DNA of 64,000 nucleotides from Paragordius varius (Eukaryota > Animalia > Nematomorpha): contig OZ176052.1 of NCBI GenBank assembly GCA_964247055.1, positions 3,968,001 through 4,032,000 on the forward strand. The letters are read 5' to 3'. The notes beneath the pieces were generated by a model, which had not been told where the DNA came from, searched no databases, and saw only the letters and a list, made by a program, of their open reading frames with translations. The translations under genes were made by a program, and so were the position numbers. Below are positions 11,635 through 22,800 of the stretch, in pieces. Positions within the stretch are counted from its first letter, which is position 1; each line of letters starts with the position of its first letter.

Positions 11635-13381
11635 TAGCTGGCCCTGTCACGCTTCGCTGAGACGTAGTCTCATCGATAATTCTTCTTAATAATTTGCAAA
11701 AAATAGAGGTAATGGAGATAAAAAAATAATAATAAACATATATAATAAAAAAATGTCTTTAATTATTTTACGGGGTTTTGCATAGGCAAAAATTTACTCG
11801 AAATCGACCATATTTAACTGTCCCTTATTAAAGTTAATATTCAACTATCACTGGATTTATTTTAAGATGGTCGTTTTACGAAATCGTAGTTAAAAGTGTT
11901 ATATTGAAATTGTGTTCACAAGCTAAGATCAAGGGGTATAAAAAGTAAATCATTTGTGGCCCCTTTAAATAATGAGATTATCCAAATTTCCCAGAAATGT
12001 GTTATACTCGACTCGTATGGCTTCTTATTTTTTTTGAAAATTAGCTCCAAAACCACACCATTTTTGTACGGCATTTCAGTTTTAAACCGGTAGACCCACC
12101 TTTATCAAAAAGCCCTGAGTTAAATTCTTTGCCTTTATAAAGCAAATATTTGGAATCATCTTTGATGCCATCTCATAGGTTATTCGAAAAAATACCTCAA
12201 CACTAAATAATCGTTATATGATGGCGATTTTTAGGGCATAAAGGCCCCAAATTAACAGGTAATAAAAAAATGCCTGACCTTTTTAACCTAGTTACGGGTA
12301 ATATTTCAAGCTTTTGATGAGCTCATATGGCTTCATAAATTTTATGTAATTTAGCTCCAAAACAACGCAATTTCTATATAATGGCGCAGTTTTTGGCTGG
12401 TAGCTCCTTACTCAGGGACAGGTATAAAAAAAGCGTTGAGCAAAATTTTTGCCTTTATATGGGGAATATCTCGAATTATCATGGATTCCATATGTTCCTA
12501 TTAGACTCATAAGTTTTTTCAAATTTGGCTAAAGGCATGGTGTATCGATATGTTGACGCGGTTTTACGCGGTTAGCCCCCTAATCAAGGGCGAAACAAAA
12601 AAACGCTCGACTAAAATTAATTCTGTTAATACCTGGAATCATGATTGATTCCAATTCGTGGGATTTTTGAAAAATTGCCTCAAAACCAAAAAGTAATTCT
12701 ATGGTGGCGCATTTTTTAGGGCAAGGGCCTAATAATTAACGGCTAATTATAAACAACACGACCTAAATTTTTGCCTTGTTACGGTTAATATTTACGCATA
12801 TAGAACTCATATGGCCTGATAGGTTTTCTGAAATTTAGCCCCAACACGCAATTTCGATATGACGGGTCAGTTTTTAACGGGTATCTCCTTACCCGGCAGC
12901 CAATATAAAAGAAACGCTCGACTAAAATTTTGGCTTTTTAACAGGAAATACCTGGATTCCTTATTGAATTTTTACAGTCTCATACCTTGGGCGAAAAATA
13001 GATTCAAAAAATTATTTTTGTGGACATTGTTTTTTTGAAAATAAAAGCATTTTACGGAGGGAGCGGGTAAAAAGAGGGCCTAAATCAAAAAAGCGAGCCG
13101 ACTATGTTAGGCGCAACTGAAAATAAGTAAATAAAATCACATTTGAAATCGAACGGTCCAACACGTTTTCCGGAAAATTGTCTCAAAAACACGATTTTTG
13201 TGGACTTGCGCTTTCAAAAAAACCGTTGTTTACACAGGGTGGGCCCGAACTAGAGGCCTAATTCAAAAAATGGCGAAGCTATTGTCGGGGCATTCATTAA
13301 TGATTATATTTTTTCGACATTTGGATTTAGATGGGTCCACCGGTTTTCCGGAAACAGATCACAAAACCACCACTTTCTATT

Positions 13382-13412
<31 letters not shown>
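11635..13412 (+). mobile_element. Helitron/Helentron-associated non-autonomous element (DINE-1/HINE-like) inserted in a TA microsatellite
   Basis: Begins tagctggccctgtcacgcttcgctg, resembling the TAGCTG-n-CCCGG...CTTCG 5' ends of such elements. Ends with cggtccaacacgtttt / gggtccaccggtttt...cacaaaaccaccactttctatttatatatat. Flanked by (TA)n on both sides, with no TIR/TSD and an internal tandem array. Family assignment is by pattern resemblance only. Confidence 0.55.
11960..13000. repeat. Diverged ~160-bp tandem array (~6-7 units) with alternating, dimer-like variants
   Basis: The recurrent motif gcct...aata(t/c)...g(g/a)a starts near 12131, 12286, 12450, ~12615, 12773 and 12931. The motif ctc(a/g)tatggc...ttagc(t/c)ccaa occurs at ~12010, ~12322 and ~12805. 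Confidence 0.65.
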
Positions 13413-13413
<1 letters not shown>

Positions 13414-13470
13414 AAAGTCACTTAACAATTTCTATTCATTCCCTTTTATTAAATAAATTATTTAATATAG

Positions 13471-14360
13471 AGTCGATTACTAAAAGAATTTTACGATGTA
13501 CAACAAGAATCCTGGATAACGGTGTATTTGCCTGAAGAATCATTGAGGTGCTGGACCGTAAAATTCTTGAGTGAGATTGATTCCTTGTATTATGGGCAAC
13601 AAATCGAGTTATGCTTAAAATTTCCATCAAGTTATCCAAATAAGCCACCTATCGTGAGTTTTTAATTTATGGATATTTAGAAATTGATTATTAAAACTAA
13701 ATAAAAACTATGAGAGGTTCACGGAGTCGATTGCATTTATAAATTATTCTTTGACATAACTTATAATATGAATAAGCAACATATGAAAAAGGTATTGAAA
13801 GTGTAAATCAAAAAAAGAATAATATGCATTATATGAATATTTTCCACGTTAGGTAACTTTTGTTGGCGATGTTCCAATCCATCCTCATGTTTATTCTAAT
13901 GGTCATATTTGTTTATCCTTGCTTTCAGAAGATTGGGACTCCAGCATGTCCATAAAAGCTATTTGCCTAAGCATTTTAGTTTTACTTAAAAGCGCATCAT
14001 CCAAGGTAATTTGATTTTTTAAAACTTTTTTTGTCATTTTTAAGCCTTAAATGTAAACCAATGCCGTTAAATTTTATTTATTGTAAGACAATTTGATGCT
14101 ATTTGAAGTTTAACATGATGCTTTAAAAATTACCGGTGCAAAAAATCATATAAAATTAGATTTCAATTAAAGCGTTTCAAAGCTCTGCACTTGAGTTACA
14201 CCTTTTTTACAGTTATAAAATAAAAAAATATTTTTGGACGCATATTATTTATTTTTACTGATGCACATATAACTAGATTAGGCCAAGAGATGATCATATT
14301 TACACCAAAAATTGTCCCAAAGATCCCAGAATAATGCAATGGAATTACCATTTAATTTGA
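13471..14360 (+). CDS. UBE2W: Ubiquitin-conjugating enzyme E2 W-like; three exons found, ATG-bearing first exon not located
   Basis: Exons 13471-13653, 13853-14005 and 14277-14360 (all phase 0, GT-AG) give SRLLKEFYDVQQESWITVYLPEESLRCWTVKFLSEIDSLYYGQQIELCLKFPSSYPNKPPI|VTFVGDVPIHPHVYSNGHICLSLLSEDWDSSMSIKAICLSILVLLKSASSK|IRPRDDHIYTKNCPKDPRIMQWNYHLI*. HPHVYSNGHICLS (HPH instead of HPN) is the UBE2W signature, with the catalytic Cys intact. Confidence 0.9.
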
Positions 14361-15539
14361 TGATTTATAAATTTGGTAATTTTTAAAACACTGACTGATA
14401 TGCTTATTTTAAACATTATAATGTTATAAAATTATATTTTACTGTTATCAAAAATAAATTCCCCATTAATTATTTTTATCATACAGTTAGTTATATCATA
14501 AAATGGCCTTAAGCGAAATATAAATATTTATTTTAATTAATGAAATAACGATGGTTGTACACACGGCTTAGGATAATGATATAATGAATACATTTTCCCC
14601 CCAGCAGAACCCGTAAGAAATGATATTATCGCATCTTGATCTTTCTACAAGATGATGGCATAAAAACATCCATCATGTTTATAACTCATCACAAAAGAAT
14701 TATTGAAATTGTGAGGATACCAAAGCTTATAGGTAAATTAAATTAACACCATAAAAAATATTGAGGAGAAAACTAAAATAAAGTTTTTAATTTGCCAAGA
14801 TTAGCTTGGGATCCTAGAAATTTAAATTATAATTCTATTTTGCTTGAAACATGTTAAATAGCTGACATGACCTGGTCTTACAGTGCGCAGAAAAATTCAG
14901 GAAAGGCGTAAAAAAATCTTGCGACCCCTTCATATATTTACCAAAAAAATTACATATTTACTAGCTAAATTTAATTTATTTTTGTTAATGATTGACAGGA
15001 TATTAAAGTAGTTTTCAAGATTCTTAACATTATTAATAATAACAAAACTGAGGTTTATTTTTCCAAAGTTCTTTTTCATTTAGAAATCATGATACATTTT
15101 ATATTGAGATAAAAATAAATAATATCAGTTTAGAGTCACTTTTTGTTTAAAGGGTAATGACTTAAGATGTATCATGACTTCCAGGGACACTGTTGAAAAA
15201 ATGCCCAGTTTAGGAATTCGAACTCTGGCACCCTAAAAAGTTTGGTGTACAATATCACCCCTTGATGAATAATATATTTTTACTTATTCACACATGTCAT
15301 GTTGGATAAACATTTACTTTTGGTTTGCCTCTAAATAAGTAATATAAAGTATTTTTGAATAAATCTTTTATTAGATTTCGGTTCAGTAATGTTATATAAG
15401 TTCTAACTTTTATGGTTTCAATTTATTCCATATTTTTTAAATTTTGAATTTTAAACAAGCCTAGGGTATCTAACTACCTCATTTAAAAATGAAAGACTGA
15501 AAAAAATGCGTTGTATCCAAGTGTTCGCAAAAATGCGGA

Positions 15540-16320
15540 AATTCAGCAATGAAATTTTATATATATGCTAAATTTTGAAATCAAAAAAATATATTTTTTA
15601 ACAAATGCACACTTTTAGAAAAATTTTGTTGAAGCGTACTTTCTACTATTTACAATCCTCTCTAAAAACGCTTCTAGATATGGTAAAAACACTTTTCTAT
15701 ATAATACATTCGCTTCAGAAATTTTTATTTAAAGGCTCGTTTACCTTCAAAATTTAGTGAATTTATATATAAAAACAATCCATATTTGATACATTTTACT
15801 AACGAACAAATCAAAATCTGAGGTGCCAGATATGTTCAGCATTATTAAATTATATAAAGTGCTTTAATAATATCTACAGGCGTATTTATACCGTTTCCAT
15901 CATGCCTAAAAAGGGTAAAAACGCTTCAACGCTAAAAATTGAATTTATCTAAAAATGCATTTTTTATAAAAAATTTTGATGTCAAATTTTACCATCCGGA
16001 ATTTTTTTTATTTTAAAAACTATAGCCCGTTCTAGTAGAGCAAATAAATTCAGGACATTCGGAGCCCACATAAAATTAAAAGAGTAAAAATATAGTTTTG
16101 CTTTTTATAAACATATCATATACATTTTGATATTTTTTGGAATGAAGCATTTAGCTTTCGTCAAAAAAATTTAATTACCAAAATTGTTTTCAAATTTTGC
16201 CATTATATATAGGCACTTGTCGCAAAATTGAAAATAACTTTCTTATATCACTCGTAAGCTCCAAAATCTAAATAATAATGAAATTTCTCTTACTTTCTAT
16301 CGGAATATATATCATTATTT
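15540..16320. mobile_element. Second, truncated copy of the 6548-7721 foldback family
   Basis: 15560 atgctaaattttgaaatcaa... matches the left arm. 15820-16270 (gaggtgccagatatgttcagcattatt; ttcggagcccacat; tttagctttcgtcaaaaaaa; tatcactcgtaag) matches 7141-7620. Confidence 0.65.
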
Positions 16321-16800
16321 TTGTGTATACTGAGCTTTAAGAAAATGTTCGCAAATGTTGGCTATCTGATATGGAGCACTTTTCATAAGTATAAATAAAT
16401 TTCTTAAATCACTAGTAATAAACCAAAAGTACGATGATATCACATCCTCATAATATATATAAATATATCTATATATATTTCATCAAAATGTTTTTTTTGG
16501 AAACGGGATGAGACAGCGTCGTTATAATAATTAAATGCAGCGGAATACAATAGATTTGTAAGCTATCTAAATTTAAAACCCTTATATAACATATTTACTT
16601 GCTAATATTTTAACAAAATAATATATAGTGAATAATTCTATACGAAGTTTGGCAAATACCAATAATTTTATACTATATATGTCCCCAGTAAGCCCATTGA
16701 ATTTTTAATATAAATATAATTTATTTAAACATTATAAATATTTTATTGCTCACTTACCGTTTTATGTTCGTTCATTGAAAACACATGCATTTTTTTTAAA

Positions 16801-19800
16801 ATGACAGAAGCGGAGAAAACTTTAAATAATTTGCTGGGCGATGATTTGGGTAAAATTGGATCGGAATCAAAAGAGAAGCTTAAAAACTTTATAGAAATTA
16901 ATTCATTATATAATGAAGGCGTTAATGAACAGTTGGAAAAAATTAAATATGATTATGGTAGTTCAATTTAATTGTGTAGATCATCGCCTTTTTTTGAGCG
17001 AAAATAAGTACAAAGAATTACTAGCAGAATACAATACATCCAACCAAACAATGTACAATTTACAGAAAGAAATTTGTTCTGTTGGTAAATTTTGATTTTT
17101 ATTTATAAGAAAACAACCAAAACTTTTTAAAAGATGAATTAAATACTGTTAAAAATCAAGCGGAAGAATCTCTTACTGAAAAAGTTTTTTTATAATATAT
17201 TTTAGAATCAATATATGAACAAGGTTTTATTGCTTGAATATGATATTGTTACACTTAAAACACTTTGTTCTGACAAGGATAAACTTATTGATTCGATTCA
17301 AAGTATATATTATTTATAAGTTTTTTAGATGACAATGCACTAATGGCCTCAAAAATTGATACTTTGCTTAAAAATAAAAAACAAACGCAATTAGAATTGG
17401 ATGAGAAAGCTCAGCAATATTTATTTGATCAAGTTTTTTATATAGATTTTTGGATTATTTTTCATAAGGTTAGGTGGATCAAGTTATATTATATTTTATA
17501 AAATGCCCTCCTATCTATTGTATCAACAACGTTAAGGTTTTTAATGGAATATAAAAAAATGATTGTTTTTTTATAGGTGCAAAATTCTTTATAGATTTTG
17601 CTATGAGAGTTACTAATTTTATGTACGTACCAACACTTTTAACACTTGAATACAACACATTAATTTCAGTCCTTTGATCAATTGGGGTAGTTGGATACCA
17701 CAGGCCTGTTTAAAATTAAATACTTTAAAAAATGGAAGGAATTAAAACCATGGCAAAAATTTGCACTTATATAACATTTATGAAGTGAGATATAGAAAAA
17801 AATTCATTCAAAAAAACTTGATTTTATGTATTTTAAGGTAAACCCCAGGGGTAAAAATTTAAACAATTTGACATGTTATCACCTAAATTTAAAACAATTT
17901 AAAATAAACCACTTTTTCTGTTTCTATCAATGGATGTGATTTAAATAAAAAATTAGCTTTAATTTTAGCTTCAAAATTAAATAAACACGATATTTTGCAA
18001 AAATGTTGCAATATAAAAATGGCGTCGAATTTAGATATTTCGGCTTATTATAATTTTTGACACGATAGATGCATAAATAGAAATTGGAACCGTTTCTTTC
18101 ATTAGTTTTTTAAGAAAATTATTTTGAATATATCTGGGGCATTTAGACCCAATTTGAATCGAAGTGTTGAATTCGGTTTATTAAAAGTTTTGTATTATTT
18201 AATTGGTTATGGCCCAAATTTTAAAATAACTAAAGATTAAAGAAATATTGTTTTATGCCTGCATCTAACTTGTACCACTTGTTATTGTTAACGTGTTTGT
18301 TTTAAGAAATACATTTTAATCGTTGCATTTTAGAAGCCTTATTGGACCCTTTTTTCGATAGCTTTTTGTAAATATCCCTACACCACATCTTTGATGTATG
18401 TACAAAGGAATCTCTATTATTTTATTATAATTTTTACCTTTTATAATAAAGCACTTTTTTCTTATTAATCATAATTTGCATTTGCGACACAAACTTATTT
18501 TTAGTAAATGAAACAAGGATATCTGAATGATTCATTTTTATCTTTTATCATTATTTTTTATTTTTGTGGGGTTATAATTATTTTTATGGCTAGCTTTATA
18601 ATTAGCTTTATAAATTTGAATATATTATTCATATTAGATTATTTTATTGTTACAGTTTTTGTGTAAAAAATCCGTTTTCATTGATATAAATAGTTGTTCT
18701 TTTCCTTTTTTCTACGCCATGATTATTTTGTAATTTACATAATTTTCACACTATATAGCTAATTGTAATGTAATATTTAGTTGGTTAATATTTTTTAAAA
18801 TTTTTGCCTATATAACTTGTTTTATAGGTAAAATTATTTGATTATAGTTATTCTGTACTGTTATGCCAAATTTAAACCCATATAAACAAAATAGTTTTTT
18901 AATGATTTGCCTCTTTAAATATAGCATGCTTTGGAAGATACCAAATTGAAGTTGACTAATTTGGAAAAGCAGATCGAATTATTTCAAACTGAAATTAAGA
19001 CAAAGGATGTCATGTATGTCAAAGATATGGGAGAAAAGGTATAATATATGCATTTAACATGCCGAAATTTTAAACAGGTAACAGATTGAATTTTACCAAC
19101 AAGTTAGCTTAAATTTTTATTAATGTCATTTTACAATTAATGACTGGATTTTTACATTCATAAACATTGTTTTTTTAGAAGAATATCGCAATGGCAATGA
19201 AAAAATATGTTTTTTTAAAAAAGGCTGAAAATGTTTAAATATTACATTGGTTATTTAAATAGTTCCATTATATATAATATGTATATGCGTACTTAGACTT
19301 ACTAATACTCCAAATTAGTATTAATTTCATATTCTTAATTCTGACATCAGCTTATATATTAATTATCCCAAAGATGTTAATCTCTTAAAGTTATAAATAT
19401 ATAAGATATTGTTTCAATCTTTCGTTTTGGTGATCATTTAATTTTAAATATGTTACATGCTTTTATAACATTTTTCCCTAGATTTCAAAATTGTCCAAAT
19501 TAGAATACAAATTACAAGAGTGTGAAAGCCAAAACACGGCCTTAAATGAAGTCATTAATGATATGCAAGATAAATATAAGAAACTGGAGGAAAAATCATT
19601 ACAAATTGCCGATGAAACTTACCAAGTTTATATGGCATCAATTATAATTTAATAATCAACTTCTTTACTTTTGACTTTTGTTTGCGGATAAAATAAAAAA
19701 TGATATGAGAGTTTTTTATTTATTTTATAATTCGGGTTTAAACTGGTTGTATTGATACATACTATTTACACCTCAAATTTACCTTAAAAAATTCACTCTT

Positions 19801-22800
19801 ATTCAAATTTACCCTAAAAATAAATTTGTTTTTGGGTTAATATAACTCATCATTAATATAAAATTATTCTTTATGACATTTATTATTTGTTCTGTACTGT
19901 GTTAATTTTAAACGAATCATTCTTCAAAAAATATGTAAAAATATGTGGGTAATTTTTAGTTTTTAAAAACACACAATTTATTTTAGGGTGAATTTAAATT
20001 GTTCAAGGGTGAGTTTGAAATGTATATAATATATTTTAACCCCAAATACAGAAACAAAATGAATTGGAACGTGAATTATTTGATACAAGAAACCAACTTC
20101 AAGACTCACAATATAAATGTAGTCGTTTAGAGCAAGCCCATAAACAAGCTATAGAACAATATACAGGTTTAAAGGATTCTTTGCAGGAATTACAAGAAGT
20201 TTTTACGCAAACTCGAACTAGTAACACTCTGATTGAGAGTCAATTGACGCAACTTAAACAAAATCACACTGATGCCATAAACCAAAAGGGTACCTATCCT
20301 CTTTACTAATTAATCTAATAGATTTTAAAACATTAAAACATGATAAAACTATGTTTACTTTTTTGGTGAAATTAGATTAAAAATTTATTTTGTATTTTTA
20401 TTTATAACAAGTGTTTTAATTATTTTTTAAATACAATTGATCACATCAAACTTAATACCTTTAATCTTTATAGTAATAACGATAAATAAAAATACTTTAA
20501 TCCAAATTTAATAATATTGTTTAAAAAGTTATGATATTTATTTTATATTATCCCTTATTTCAATTTCTACCAAAATCATTCGTATTTTTCTTAGAACTTG
20601 TTATAACATCATTGGAACAAAAATTGGATGAAAAAGACACTGAAATATCGCGACTTAAGAAAGTTTTAACTGGCGTTCAAATGGGCGATAATTCCAAAGC
20701 AATTTTATCATCTGCAGAAGGCCAATTAACTAATGAAAGCTTTAATAACGTCCCTGTAACTCAAGAAGCTGACACAAGTGGAGAAAATGGTATATATATT
20801 CTTTTGATTTAATGATTTGATTTTTGATAACGTTTTATGTTGGGCGGGGGGATTGTGGATTTAGAGTGATTTAAAATTTATAGTTAATTGAATAATATAT
20901 TTAATTTGGAGATAATTTTTTTTATTGAATTGTTAAAGATTTACATAGAAAAATATTTGTGCATAAGCTTTATACTGCCAAATATATTTTATGGTATAAT
21001 TGCTATTAAACTTAAAATTGAATATAATTTGGCGCTAAAATTATAATTTGATTTTTGTATCTTTCGTTGAAATCGAATTATTATATCAAAACTTAAGATA
21101 AAAAGCTTTATAATGTAATAAATATATTTGATGTTAATACAAATAGTTATACTATGTAATAAATTTCTGATTTTCTCAATCATATATTAATTTCAAATTT
21201 GCTAAGGTAAAAACGCCAATGGTGTCTAAGATCTTATGTACTTTAGGGTTACATATACCCACTGGAATTTTCAATTAAAACGATAAAAAATTTTATTTAA
21301 TCGCATCAGAAACAATTTCTCATATTGGAGAAGCGTCAATAGGAGGTACAAATATGACTTTTTCCGAGCTATATGCCCTTTATATAAGTACAATTAAACA
21401 GCTTGATGTGACACGTGGTGAGAATAAAAAACTTAACATGTCAATGGGATGTATATTGCAAGTAATAATTTTATAGTATATTTTTAAGTTAAAATATGAT
21501 ATATTCATATAAAATTTTTTATGTTCTTTTTGCAAAAATGATAAGGGTGAGTTTCAATACGAAATTTTCCCCTTATTCTTATAATAATTATTTGAAATTT
21601 TCATGATTGGCTTTAAACGCGTATTTATTGCATTTATTATCCGTTTTGGATGATAAATTATACATTCAGCCTGATGATCATAAACCATACCCTCGGAGCG
21701 GATTGATTTATTTAGTATGTATGGTTGGATATCTGCAGAATAGAGGTTAAAATACATAAATAGAGGTGGTTATTAAACTAAATGTTTATTTTAACATTAC
21801 ACATAAGTCGGTTTTGATGTATCAATTACACCAAATTTACCTCCTATGTTTTCATAAATTTGGATAACTCATCATCATACTTCGCTATTTTACATATCAA
21901 ATTAGATCATCTGCCTGTTTTTTTCAGATATTTCTTATAAGTATAATAAATTAAGTGAGAAATAAATTTTGTTTAATCACACATGCACCATAGTTGCGTT
22001 TTTCTAAAGGCTTTTATTGTGTTAATGATTCCGCATTTTTTTGTTTTCTTGATAATTAAGCGAAAAGTGTTGTTGTACTTAAGTATATGTTTGGTAGAAT
22101 AGATATTATTAGATGAGCATTTTGCAGTTGTCGTATTAATGGGGCATTTTTATGGTTTAAGCAATAGAAAGAAAAAAATAGCAAAAAATTAACATGATTA
22201 GGCATCCGTTTCATACGCTGTACATGCTCCTACTATATCCGGTAAGATATTATTTCATAAATTCAACCAAATAAATTTATTATATTTATTGTCTTATCGT
22301 TTGCTTTACAAACCAACTATGATTTTAATTTTAAGGATTTTTCTGATTTTCTATATCCATTTATTTCTTTGTAAATATGATTTAATATTCATCAGTGGGG
22401 ATCCTTATGCGCATTATTTAATATCATATACCCTTATTATATTGTGGCATTCGCATTCTTATCTGAAGTAATGAAAACAGTGCATTATTGCCCATAGCAA
22501 AAAATATTAATAGTTCACCTATGTATCAGTTTTAATCGTTAAAGAATGAATTTGAGTCCAACACCCGCGATGCCTAAATTAAAAATATTAAAAATTTTTC
22601 TTCCCTAGAATTACAACATAATTATCAGCTATTTACGGTATGATTACAATTATACTTCAAAGTTTATTTTTTTACTTTTATGATATATATATATTTTAAT
22701 ATGAATATATCTAATAAAAACATCTATTTTCTTACAAGGATTTTAAAATATTAAAAACGTAAATTTGCTCACACTCTTTTAAAAAAATTGGTTATTATGG

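Noticed and set aside
13436-13648. 70-aa minus-strand ORF in the track
   Set aside because: It is the antisense shadow of the UBE2W-like exon 13471-13653.
14540-14900. Possible Tc1 transposase remnant and TA|CAGTG terminus
   Set aside because: No continuous recognisable motif and no matching second terminus; too degraded to support a call.
17303-17320. An even shorter 18-nt version of TPR intron 4 using the AG at 17319-17320
   Set aside because: That junction does not preserve the downstream reading frame; the 26-nt version does.
21554-22500. Short ORFs in TPR intron 10, possibly a LINE endonuclease relic
   Set aside because: Only a weak DH motif resemblance; no supportable assignment without a profile search.
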